64,000 bases of DNA from assembly GCA_000934665.2 (NCBI GenBank), contig JYFJ02001138.1, positions 1-64,000 of the forward strand. The letters run 5' to 3'. Below, in pieces: positions 35,196 to 48,771 of the stretch. Position 1 is the first letter of the stretch; the number at the start of each line of letters is the position of its first letter. The notes under the pieces are model-generated. The model was not told the origin of the DNA and ran no database searches. It worked only from the letters and a program-made list of their open reading frames with translations. The position numbers were made by a program, and so were the translations under genes. Source of the DNA: Catajapyx aquilonaris. Lineage: Eukaryota.

Positions 35196-38100
35196 ACTTT
35201 ATGCAAACGCACAGATTAGCCAACGCATCATATAATAGCATATCTTTGTTTATATTGCATAGTGATTAAACAAACCTGTCTCAGGGGCCAAGAAGGCGGT
35301 ACACTCTTAACTCCCCGTTTCCCAACTTCAGAAACAGGTTTGAATAATCTTGTATTTATTCTTAATATCTGTTACATACGTTTTTACCATATAATTATAA
35401 GATTATCACGTGCACAATATGCAATGTACAATAAAAAGTGACGGGAGATTCCCAGTGTTCATATTCAGAACTACCCAGCATGGATGAATGGCATGAATGG
35501 GCTCTGATGGGTATTGAACTTTGGAGGTGTCACAGAGGGAAGGGAGGTACCCAGGGGAGAATATAATAAGGTATACTGGTCGTTTACATACTTTCTTCGT
35601 TGTCACTAGAGGCCTTTTTCTGTTAGGCATCCAAAGGAATGCAAGCCTGTCCCTACACGACAGTGGGTGAAAAACGGAAAAAGGTCTGAGGGGTTCCCAT
35701 CAAGTGAAGGTGTGACGGACACAGGGATCGCATAACATGAACTCTATAGAACATCAAGGGCTAATCTTTCGGCACAAATGTGCCACGGGACCTACTTATA
35801 CATGCACCAGTGTGCCGCTAATTTTGGTGGGGCTGTATAGGCAAATCTTAGAGCAGTATGTTTCATTATGTAAGTATAAAATTATGCACTGATGCACATG
35901 CTACGAACAAACTTCAATTTTTATAAGCGAGATACTGTGCACATAAGAGAATGCTAATAACTCATCGATATAAATCTACATGTAAAATATAGCTCGTATA
36001 TAGGGTTTGGAAACCAACTGTTGCTGTGATCTGACCTCGCCCATACTGTACTTCCTTCTTTAAAAATCAGCAAAATCATTTTATAGAAACTTATAGGCCC
36101 GTAGAATGCACCGGCGGCACAGCATAGCCCAGAAGTTAAGTAGATAATACGCTTAGCATTTAGGTTATATTGATGTAGACACGCGAGAGTGCAAGACTTT
36201 ACGGAGTGGCAAGAAGATCAATGGTTGGTATCGGTATCGGTATCTGACGCTGTTTTCGCACACCCTTTTTGCAAGGGGACACAAAACACTGCACATTCCA
36301 CTCTTCAAGCCATTGGGGTTTATATTACAATGGGATTCGTCTTGATCTTTCATTTTCACAATTTTCATTTTAAAACCCATGACGCATGTGAAGACACGAT
36401 GTGGTACATCAGTTCGCAGAGTTTATGCCATTAAATAATGCTGAGATATTTACCTGAATTAGAATATTCAGTCAATTTCCTTATATGTCTGATATGCATA
36501 ACTAATGCGGGCGTGTAATAACCAGGTACTGTAATTTCACCTGACACTTAGCTATAGTTGTTGCACGCATGTCTTCAGTTACAAAATAATTCCCTGTATA
36601 ATTGTCGATTTTTATAAGCATGTCAACTAAGTGCATGTGTTTTTTTTTCATACACTGATTGGTAGGCTAAGCAGTAACTTTCCCTTTACAGTGTATTCTA
36701 CTATGCAAAATCGGCCAGAAATCGGTAAATAGGGAAACTGAAATGTAATCGAAGCAGTTCAAGGAAGATTTGTGTGCTTTTAACGAGGACATATCTTTTC
36801 ACATGATAGTAAGTTGTCCACAAATAGGCAGGAATTTGGCTTTTCCAGTCAGACTCTCTTAAGGTTGTGAAAATAGACTTGCAATAATGTTACTTCCATA
36901 GTTCCGTGCCAAAAATAACATTTCCTTACATCCGAAAGGAAGTGTGCACCTTTCCCACCATCCATTTCATCGCAAAAATTAATTTAATCCGAGAATTCAA
37001 TTTGGCCATCAGAAAAGTTCGAGCAGTAGTGGACACGAATTTTTCGGCACTAAAATGTGAACAAACCGGCACATCCATAATTCAGGGGTGTCCGCCAAAA
37101 AGTTGCTATACCAGATAATTATTTTCCAACTTCGTGATCAATTCCACTTAATGGTCCTTAAAAGTAACATCAAAATGGGACGTATCTTTTTCTCCTCAAA
37201 ACAAGTCCATAAATTATGTAATACGGTCCTCATTCATGGTTCGGCATATGTATACCCAGCCTGTATATCAATCGTATATGTTGAACATTCCGGTAACGGT
37301 CTATATAGTGTCCACACTTCCACACGAAATCGTCCCTTCAGGTGGTTAACGACTTGGTCAGTTACACCTTGTTTTTCACGCACCCCCACAGCCTGAAATC
37401 CAAGGGGGTGAGGAGAGGGAGAGCACCGGCTATAGGACGCCCGTATTCTCCACCGATCCACCGACTACGTAGTGGCCCATACACAGTACGTAACTTCCAC
37501 TTTCTTGACTAAAACCAAACCTTTTAACTGATCGTTAAGAGCTGACAGTAGTTTATAAAAAACCAAATTGAACTCCAGTTAGTTCTTAACTGTCTGTTAT
37601 AAAGTTGGGAGAATACTGCAATATTGGTCAGTTGCATTGTTGCGCATGGGTACAAAAAAAAAATCAGATGGAATGTTTCCTCAAGATGTGTGCACTTTCG
37701 TTGTGAATCAACCCACGTGAAGTAATGCGACATTCTCATGCCCACTATATTCTCCCACACTCTGAATCAGTGTGATGGGAAAAATATGTTCATCTTCAAT
37801 AAAAGCATTAAAAACCGGAAAACGTACCCGACGCTTCAGTGAATAGTATGGAAATGATCAGTTATGCCATGTTTTACGTGACATTACACGAAAATAGGCT
37901 GATTTTATTTTCTACGATTTTCTATTATCATTCTAACACACCTGGTCATACCCAGAGTTTTCCAGCAATTTTGCCCCCTATACATCCTACACTAAACAGG
38001 AGCTCCCCCCATAACACAACCGACTCAATTTAAGAAATAGGTGATATAAGACGCCTGCAGGGCACTGATAGCCACTCGTGCGAAGGAAAAAAAACTAGCT

Positions 38101-39316
38101 ATCGGTGGCCAATAAAAATAAAAAAATATAAAGGAGGCAGAAAGGCAATGTTTTGGAGGTGGTCGTGAAGATGCGGCGGCCGTTTGGTGTAATGTGTGGA
38201 TCCATGGAGCGGGACACTAAGTGCGGCATAACTCTGCGCCGACGCGCGGCCCCCATTTCTCCACCTACTGGGACGCCCATCCGAAATAATCGGCCGCAGC
38301 CGATTTATAGGCTTCAGGCCCATTCCCCTTGCCAACCCTGACTTACGGTTATAGACCTGCCCCATTCCCAACCCCATGGGTAATAACCATCTCGGACTCG
38401 GATGCTCATCTAGCTCAACAACATCCACGGAAAGGAAATCAGGGCATTATATCGGTTATGCTCGATATCTCCCATAATGCTAAGATTTTATTTTTTTTGG
38501 TGGAGACTTTAAAAAAAAGGGGGTGTGCTATTAAGGGCTAAATAGACGGGTGGTGATCCAGGATCGCTTGCGCAAAGATAGTCTATGTATAGTTTGGGGG
38601 CAACGCGGCCAATAGGATTAGGCCGATCCTTTCAAACCTAAATATTTTCTTTGTCTCGTTTGTGTGGCCCATGGACATTGGACGCAAAAGTCGGCACCAA
38701 GCTGGCTCACGCAGCGTTTACCGTTAAATGGGATACCACCACTACCTCCCTCACTCACTCTCTTTTTTTTTTTAAAAAAAAAAAAAAAACTACCCCAGCA
38801 CCCCTTGATTGTTAAGCCACGAGCTTTAGGTTATCCAGGGAGAAATTACTTTGGGAGTGTGGACACAAGTCCGACCTATAATGTTGATTGTGTTGTTGGA
38901 GACGATCAGGGATTGAGCTCTAGTGGTGGCTTCACAAACGACTCAACTTGACCAAATTGTGTTGTACATGACAAACATTCTTGTGGTGTCCGCACAAACC
39001 AATGTTTGTTGGTGAGGTGTGAGCCAAGCACTTTACTCGAGCGAGTATATTTAATCTGGAAGCTCAACATGAGCGGTGGCGGCAGGCTTGTGAAGCTTCC
39101 ATTGCCCCCCCTCCCCCCCTCTCCTCACCCCCCCAAAAAGCTTCCCCATTTCCTCCCCTCCACCCACCATTCCCATCACAACACGCCAAATTTCCTGGCC
39201 CAGCTGCTTGTTTCCCAGGCACGGACACAATTCCAGGATTAGTGCGCAAAGTTCGCCGCTCCAATGAGTCTCTTTCTCGCGCGCACTCTCGCGCGTTAGA
39301 ACTCCGGCTCCGGGAT

Positions 39317-39341
39317 TTCTCTCTCTCTCCCTCTCTCTCCC

Positions 39342-39381
<40 letters not shown>
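39317..39381. repeat. (CT)n / GAGA tract in a CpG-rich island
   Basis: Direct reading. Confidence 0.9.
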
Positions 39382-39383
<2 letters not shown>

Positions 39384-41414
39384 GAATTCGCATCTAAAAC
39401 CGGGCCTCACATAGTGCGTTTTTGTGCTAGTAAGCTTTCATCTTTTTTTTTGTTCCTAGTTGGAGTTTTTGGAGTTCGTTGTTCCGTATTAGGAAGGAGT
39501 CGTTAAAGAGAGGATAAAGAAAGGACTTGATTTGAAATGGAAGCTTTGGCGCGGTATATTCGAAAAATTTCTCGTCCTGATGAAGATTGGTGTTTTTCAT
39601 TGATGGAGTTTTCATTGCCGGCTAATATATTTGTGATTGGACTATAGGGATGTGAATTGTCAGGTCTCTGTGAAAGTAATCTTGCTTGAAATATATGAGG
39701 GAGGTGGAAAGGTATTAGACCATAATGTGTGATTTGGTCGTAATTTGTGCCACGAAATGTTTTGTCGTGGAAATGTATAGAGTGAAAATATTGATTGTTT
39801 CGGATCAACATGATATGCACGATTTACGTGCGATATGTAGTGATAGGCCTAATACTATTATCAAATGATGGCATGAATGAACATACCTGCATTTATTTTT
39901 AAATGTGTATTTAGGGCCGGTTGGATGATCTCAAATGGACAGTCTACGGTTATGTGTACATAATCATAGTTTTTAAAAATACATCTGAGCCTTACTGATG
40001 GCTTCCTAAAGCTAATATTTCAGTTTACATTTCAATAGCTGTATTTGTAACAGACTTAGTATTTCATCGCTGTACACCTAATTGGACCTGTGCATTAATT
40101 ACTCTATACTCTATAATTAGCATACAATACAGTATGATACCAGCAATAGGCCTACATTTCAGCACAGTGCAACGGCGTGAAAATCGCAATTTTGCCACAG
40201 TTTACATGCCCCGTTGTTTTTCCCAGGAGGTCTTCAATTAAGAACATACCCCCAAAAATGCGAATGACATAAAAACATCACTTACCGTACCGTGACCTAT
40301 TAACAGACGCAATAAGGAACGGTGAAACTTGTCCTTTGTCACCTGTAAAGTATAACGAGCCACAATTATCCATTGTACATAAAAATGACTCCATATTTTC
40401 CCCCCACTATACGAAAAACATTGGACCGGCCGTAAAACTGTACCACTAACACAAATGCCCGTGTTGCATAGCCTATTACACCCTCGTTACTTCTCCCCTA
40501 TCGCTCCACCGTAGATATAGTGGGGCCAAAGAATTGTCTGGAGGAATATTTTGGTGTGGAAGCCAGTTCCGTATATATCTCATGTGATTGGGGCAGATGA
40601 GCTGTGGTGGGTTAGAAGGCCCCCGAAAGCTGGTAGAACGGGCCCATAACCATTAGTTTGGGTGGAGCCAGGCCGTCTTCCATATTTACTACCTTCACAA
40701 TAAAGTTCTCATGCCTTGATGCTTCATTACCGCCATTATACTTCTTTTTTTTTCTACAAGGCCGGTGGAAAACTTCGGGCAAAAACATTGCCCTGGTGGG
40801 ATGGCTCCATTATATGAGGAGGCCCCGACGCAATTGCTCGAGGAATATATTTCATGTTTCATATCTGTGGGTTCCCTTCCACCCCCGTTTCCTTAGCTTG
40901 CTTCCTGTTTTTTATGCTTCTTTGCGTTGGTGTTGGAGATGGGAGGCGTGCGATATAAACTGTTATTGTTATTGTGGCTTTTCTTTGGGGCCAATTTAGG
41001 GCATGTTTCCAGCCGACAAAGGGTGTATACTATCCGGAATTGTTATTTGGATTTTTTTTTTTTATTCTTATTGGTCAGAGTCACGGGGGGACCCGAATTA
41101 CATTTACATGCGATAGAGTTATCCAGTTGTGATGAAATGTTTTTTGACGTCGTAGTTGTAAAAAAAAAAAATGGTTGAAATAAATCATTTGATCGAAGTA
41201 GGCTTATTGAGGGCTGTGTTATTGGGGGACAGGTACACCTGCTGTGAAACAATCAGGCTGAACGGCATAAAAGGCGAGGGGTTATTAAATATAAAGAGAC
41301 AATTACGTTTGCCGAAATATGTACCTTCTTGGCTATACATGAGAATATACACATGAGCAAATGCGGTATACAGTATCCACAAAGAAAGGAGCGTGGTTTG
41401 TATATTCCCGGCTA

Positions 41415-41558
41415 GACAAAGGTGATGGATTACTCACGCCAGCCAGATAAGAGCAAATTTTATATTTGCACACCACGTGCAATAGGCTACTCAATGTTGC
41501 GTGCAAGAATAAACTCGTCCTTATCTATAGTTACCAAGAGTAATCCATCACCTGTGTC
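41415..41558. mobile_element. Small MITE, TA-flanked
   Basis: GACA(A/C)AGGTGATGGATTACTC inverted at both ends. Confidence 0.75.
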
Positions 41559-44500
41559 TAAATGACTATTAAAATGTAGTCAAGTTTATTTCGAAACACT
41601 ATGTAGTATCACATACAAAATATGCTATATACACACACGCATGCAAATAATCTATTCCAAATAGCCATAGGCCGTACTTGTATACCTACATACTCCAGTT
41701 CCTTGTTAGATCAGCAAATCCCCCTTCGATTGTGGTCGTTTGATGCGCGCCAGAGACTGAACTCGCATCAAATTCGACCGTCGGCATCAATCTGATTGGC
41801 CTAATGAATTAGTCATTGTGCCGGCAAAGGGCAACGGCAGCTTGCTGGGATAAGTGCTGACACTCGGATTGGGCAAAGCTGCGCCAAATTATGTTATTCT
41901 GATCGAAATCAGATCAAAGCTAAATCGAGTTACGGGCCAAATAGGGAAGAACTGGAGTGTGCTAGAAGGAGGGAATGTTGGAAAAGGGTGCGGAGGGAGA
42001 GAGGAGGGGGGCGGGGGGTGTAATTTTCTGGGAAATTAGCCCGGATAATCTTTTTCGCCGACAAATTCTTTTTGTTTGACGTCGACGTTTCATTTTTATC
42101 AACGGTGGTGGGTGTCCGTTGGGAACATCCTTTCTGACGAGGCCTGGAAAAAAAAGAGGTAATGGAGCAAGTAACGGATGGAATTTTTACTCTCTTCCAT
42201 TTCTCCCCCCCTCTTCTCTGTATATTCCAACCTGGNATATAATACCCTCCCCACCCCCACCCTCTTTACTTTTGCCAAAAGGTTGGGAGCCAATTTTGCA
42301 GTGATAACGTTGTTACTCAGGGCAACAAGATTTCCCCTCATATTGCCTGATGCCGCAAGCGCTGGTTTCAGCATTTTATACGGTCCATTGGCCAAATGAC
42401 AGCCTGGGTCCCAACGCAATAATTAGCCCACCCCATGTCCTCTTATGCTATTCAATCTACCGGTTAAGTTTATTTTTTGGATATAGGTTTCCCACTAATG
42501 AGGGAGAAGAAAAAAAAAGTGGTTGCCATAGATCCCTTTTCAAATGAAATGGTCTGGAATGGACTGGGTCAAAGATAATGGCAAAGTGGAAAAGTAGCTG
42601 TTTAAGCATAAAAGTCAGCTAATTTCTTCAAATCATCTTATTGTGAGATAAGCTTTTTAAATTTCATCCCCCCATGATAATATGACAGAATCTGGTGTAA
42701 GATACATTATAGGGTGCAATAAGATTTAGGTTGAATGTACAGTTTATTTCATGTAGACCTGTCCGGAAGTATCCGGTGTAAAATCAATGTTGTGAATTTC
42801 CCAACAGAATTTGCATCTAGAAGTGACGGCTTGAGCAATTTTTTTTTTCTATACTCAAAAAAATACTGCACGGGTTTTCGTATGACACTGTAATTCTCCA
42901 GGCCAGTCTCCAGCCGGACACTGGGAAAACTGGATGATTTCCTCTCTGTTCCGGGGGGGGGGGGGGGNGGGGGGTGTTCCCATTTTCCCTCTCTTTTTCT
43001 CTTCCCCCGGCCTCTTTTTTTTTAGTATTATTCCGGGGGAGGGTGGTGGGCTTTGCTAATCCGGAGTTTGAAATTATTAATCAAACGAAATCCAAGTGGA
43101 GGCCCCTTGTGCGGCGGCCCGGCGAGGGGGAAAAGACGGAACCGAGCCCAAATCCCAAATTAATTTGGCCAAGTCGTCCCCTCAGGAGATAAGAGGAGGC
43201 CCGGAAACTCCGGGCTTCCCTTCTGGCTTGCAGGCACCATTCCCTTCCATCCGTCCACTCCGCTAGAGACGAGACACCCAAGGGACTGCACTTTCTGCAG
43301 CTCTCTGCACATTTTACATGCAGATTTAGACCAAACTTGCAATTCTTGGGGCAAAAAAAAGTGAGAGTACTTTACATGTAATTGTAGGTATTATTTTTAG
43401 GGTGGAAAATGCTGCATTACTTTTATTATGTGGGCTTAGCGCGAATTCTCCAAGTATAGTTACGAGGGGATAATAGACGTACATAATTACACTGTTGTTA
43501 GGAGAGGATCATCTGGTTGTATTCTTATCTGCTGCGTAATTATGTCTTGTAATTAAGCCAGGGTAGGTTGTGACGTAACGGTTTTATCTATAGTATCGAG
43601 TTTTTTTTTTGAGGAGGGGGAGAAGCTTGCAAGTTGTTTCTTTAGATCCGAAGTTAGTTCGGGACCCCACCCAGATCCCACCCCCGCTTCACAGAATTAA
43701 GGCTCCCCAAAAAGAGCTCTCTCATGATGGATTTGCTGTAGAAGGTTGGCAGCGAAGAAGCAGCTTAGCCTCCCGCCGCCATGGCAACTCCTAATTAAAC
43801 TTATGGGATGGGCAGCCCCCCTGAAACAAAACGACGACATATCGCGCTATACTTGTCTCCTAATTAAATTGAACCAGTTTTACTTTGAGAGGGATAGAGT
43901 TGAGATATTTGGCTCCGGGACCTATACCTATATGCAAGGGGCTTAATAAAAGCAAAATGGTGCTCTTTCCTATCTGCCTGGCATATCTAGTTGTTTTCAA
44001 TTTTCTGATGCCAAATGCCTATATACAGTGGCAGCGTTGCGCTTCAACTTTTTGTGTAAATATGCTAAAGCAGGTCTGCAAGAATCTGGCTGCTTCTACA
44101 GAGCACATCACCTAAATTAAAATATGACTACACTGTATAGCAGCTAGGCATACGTGAGAGTAGTCCACATACAGTATAATTCAGCCAGAAAAAAAATACA
44201 AAAAGTACTGTTTTGCAAGTGGAGAAAATGGTTCACCAAGTGATAAGTTCTCTCTGCATGCAGAATGTTATTACTTAAAAGGATAGCATAATCATAGCTT
44301 TGTGGAATGTTTCCTAGCTTCACGTTCAACGAAGTCTAACTGTTGGTGTGACCAAGCGGTTCAGTAAATTATACAACGTATATCCTTAACATATATGGGC
44401 TGCAAGTGTATGATGCAAAGGGGAATGAAAAAGTTCTGTGAGAAACTTTCCTATAGCAGTGCATTGCAGCGAGTGTAAAAAAATGGATGAAGTTGAGTGC

Positions 44501-47500
44501 AAGTTAATATATTGCAGTGACCAGCTTAGCCACTGGAGTAAGCGTGAATGCTCTGCAGCAACTGTGAGCAGCACCGCATGAGGTCGGTATCATATCTCAC
44601 CGTCACACTGAACGTATTGTCCTTTTTTTTTACAACTCTGCATGACTCACTGTCAGTCATCAGGGGTATACAGCGTGGTCCAAGTATTGAGGTCGTTTTA
44701 GTCTTCTCAAATCTCACACAAAGCTGTTAGTTTTGTGTAGCTTTTTGCACCCCTATATGGAGGTGCTAATTGTTCTCATGGGGTTGAATATAGCAGATGC
44801 TTAATAATTATTAAGCACCTTGATCGGCACAAAATGGTAGACCTATACACAAAAATAACAACTTTGTGCGATTTTCCATAACTAAACCACCCAAATACTT
44901 TGACTACACTGTTTACGCAAAATTAAACATGCGGAATCCTCCTCCAAAAAATTATCAGTATGCGATATTTACCAACATAATTCGGTACCAGGGCGTAACA
45001 AGAATAATTATGTTGCAAATGGGTCCTGCATACATCAGTTATGTCATATTGTTGTGGACAACCTCTCCTCAACTTTCGTTTTTTCCTCGACAAAAAAATC
45101 GATGTTTGTGGGTTTATAGCAAGTGTCTTGTTTTATTGCAACTTCTGATCGTGACATCACGCCAGGCCAACCTCACACATCACGGTCGTTGACATTAATT
45201 TCCTTACGCCCTACCAGAATGACGTACAGTACATTTGGATGGCCCCAAAGGAGTAGAATTTTCTATATAGTGACGCTCAAATATCATTCCCTAGCTTAAA
45301 TGCATTCATTATTCACCATTTATCTTTGTCGTTTACGAAGGAATTATTGCACGCCCATTGCAGCATATAAACCTCCACGTACTGTATCACGTCGATTAAA
45401 ATATTTTATGCGAATTCCATGTCTTAATATCCAGATTCCGATAGACATAACGATAACATCAGTTGTAGTATACCGCCATACAGCACGGAAAAAGAATGAC
45501 CGTTTTAACACGATGCGACATTCGTTAATGTACAACGCGCCAGCAAGGTCTCACCTAGTGACATAGTGTCCCCTCTTCAGTTGACATTTACTTGGAAGGC
45601 AAGATAGCCGACGACCTTGTGAAGTCTCCAGGCAAGCTACAGTAGGAGACGTCTTGCCTGGCGACTTATGGGCCTGGCGACTCTAGTCTGACTGACTGGC
45701 TATGACTTGAGCAACTAGGGTTAGAACTGCATCGATGAGAGATCACGTGATGCCCAGTCCAAGCAGGTTTGGAAAGGAGAAATGAGCCTCCGCCATCATC
45801 CATGATATGGCCGCTACACTGCCCTTGGCTCCCTGGAGATGAGGCGCCAACCTCCGTAAAATTAAGAGGATTGTTAATAATTAAGCGAGAGGCCAGGGCC
45901 AAAGGGCCTTCAGGGAGCCTTACGCCATTAGATCCCTATTACACGGGGGCCGAGAGGCGGGGTAGGGGCAGAAGGGTGGGTGGGATGAGGGTAGGGGGGA
46001 CGGGAAGGGAGAATATTCAGGCCGGGGACTTCAGTTTCCTCGGCTGGTATAAAAAGACTGTTCACTTCATTTGGTTGTTTTTTTTTGCTGTATTTCAAAA
46101 TGAGATGTTGGCTGATATCAATCAGAAATATGAAAAAAGGTCAAACTTGAATTTAAATAGGAAATTATAAATTGTTGAGAATATCCACATTTTATTAATA
46201 TCAATTCAGGGTGTTAGAATGTATGACAAGTAATGTGTAATTTCCTTGTTACTGTATTGTAAAGAGGATTACTGCATGAACAATTATTTAGCAGTTGTAT
46301 TGTCTCCGGTCGGTTATGTTCTCGAATATACAGTACAGGCCTGCGTAGAACAGTATAAGGAAATAATAGTTGAGTCCATAATAAAAATTACACAAAATGC
46401 TATTATCTTGACACTCACTGGCTCGATTTTTAAATGCACAATGAGACAAACTGCTATATATTGATATTTTATAGTCACAAAGAGGAGGTGAGATGCAAAG
46501 TGATCTATCGCGAGAGAGAAGGAATTTTCAGGAGAGCCGATTTTCTGATGCGACCAGTTTCGCTTTACTGATTTTTAGTGGTGCCCATGGGTGCCCATTG
46601 CGGGATATGTTACCAGTGTTCACCAGAGGACTATCAGCAAAATGTCAGCAATAATATTACAGAGTTATTAAACGTTCTTTAGCCAATAGAGGTCACTTTA
46701 GAAAATTGAGTACAAGACGAACTAATTTTTTATCCTGCACACAATTTTTTTTGACAATTTTAAATCAGTAGCTTGGAAGTTCCACCACGTGATGGCATAG
46801 TTACCTCTAATAATTTATTTTTCAAAGATAGATCACTGTGCATCTCACCATGTGAAATAGTCCATCGAACCTGCATGTAAATAGTCGATTTTTCCATTAT
46901 GCAATTCGAAACTGGACAATATGTGCCTAGCGAGTCGATAGTTTCAGTTTCAGAAGGGGATTATGTATATGGCAGTGGTCGATAACGCTCCCTAGCCCCA
47001 ATACGTGCTGACAAACTGCAATCTACATTTGCATAAAAATTACCCTCTGCGTTCAATTTTTATATGTAATTGGATTAAAGAATAACCTCATAATTAAATG
47101 AAACCTCATATTTAAAAAAATGGCCACATATACACCTGCCTACATCTGCTTTGCATTTATTGACATGTGTATATATCACTATAAGCTACTTATTTCAAGC
47201 TTATCTGCTATAATCGCATGGCCAAAACCGTGTCATTCTATAGCAAAAATGACTTCTGAATAATTGATCCAATATCACAGCTGCAATCTAGCACCAACCC
47301 TACACAAATTTTTTTCCCCCCTGCCTTTCAACTCTTGCATTGCACAAGGGGTGAAGGTTATGCTACCTACTTGTTTCAACCTCTGGCTACCGCATCACGG
47401 CCCATAAAAAAAGCCAGTATCTCAACACAACTACCGCCTATCGGAAAAAATAACTCTTACTGGCGTGATGCTTAAGCGGCAATAAAAATTATTAATGAAG

Positions 47501-48110
47501 ACGCTTGCCTGACTAGCGCAACTTAAAGACAAGCGAAAAACAAGCATTCTGGGTCATACTTAATTTCCCTTCGTCGGCACACCGTGTCCGGGAATCGAAT
47601 TTCAGACCGTTCCCCTCTTCCATCCATGCCAGCCAGAGGCTCACCCCCAGAGATCTTCATTAAAAATTAACAGCAGAAACGGGGCATTGTTGTTATTACT
47701 TTGCTCCCTTGATTGACCTTTGGAGAGGGTATGGAGCAGAGTGCTCTGGGGTTAGGTTGCTGACCAGATGGTTCAGATTGAAAGAGAAGAAGAATGGAGT
47801 TTTACATGGTGTGTTGAACTTGCGTTATGGAAACTCACGTCAGTAGCAATCGTGCAAGTTGTGCTGCCGGAACCGTATAGCCATATGGTTATACGCATTT
47901 TCCAAATTGATATGACAATGTTACAAAATTATTACCCTACCTGACTTATGTACACCTATCACTGTTTTTTTAAATCGCACTTAAAAATGTGTCGTCATGT
48001 ACTAGTACGATGCAGCATATTTAGGGCCGGTTTTATGACACAAATTAGGGAATATCTCCGATTATGTACATATCTTTACAATGCATAACAGGACAATATA
48101 ATCAGATATT

Positions 48111-48230
48111 AGACTGAAGTAAATATGAGAAGAAATTCGTAGGAAAATATGGTGGTGTCCCACCCGCCTATACGAGAGCCGAGGGCTCTAGCACGGGGTA
48201 GCACATATAAATAAATAAATAAATAAATAA
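48111..48230 (+). mobile_element. 5'-truncated retroposon 3' end (LINE or SINE tail)
   Basis: 11-bp TSD AATCAGATATT at 48100-48110 and 48231-48241; (TAAA)n tail; similar to the SINE-B tail. Confidence 0.8.
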
Positions 48231-48560
48231 AATCAGATATTTACTACTTAATTTGAGTGGATGCAACTGGCCCTTTAGCTTCACATTCTTATCGGTGTAA
48301 ATAATCGTGAAAGGGTCATGCCCGAGTGTATCTAGCAATAGAGTCGGCCCAAGCCTTTGTGGGTTTTACCAGCCCTTCTCTCCATACCGGCCTACCGGGC
48401 CTTAGTAAACGAGTGGAAAACCCGGGAAAACCCAGAAATCCGGGCCAACTAGTTTGGGCCGGTCATGCAGAACCTCACCTTCTTGCAGTCACTGGGTCCA
48501 ACGTGATTTTCTATAGTATTTATACAAAATGTTTCCATTAATACCAATGTGAGCTGAATT

Positions 48561-48771
48561 CAGGGTGTTTCAACTTTTTTGTCCCAACAGTTATCGGAAA
48601 TATTGCACTCAACTGCTACTTTGTAAGCAGTCACTTGCAACCGGTGATTTGTCGTAGGAATGGGGAATATTTCCTGCGAATCTTAAGTTGAAGTGGCATA
48701 CGTGCTTACAAAGGAGCAGCTTAGTGCAATATTTCCGATAACTGTTGGGACAAAAAAGTTGAAACACCCTG
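48561..48771. mobile_element. Tc1/mariner-type MITE with ~49-bp perfect TIRs
   Basis: CAGGGTGTTTCAACTTTTTTGTCCCAACAGTTATCGGAAATATTGCACT and its exact reverse complement. Confidence 0.9.
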
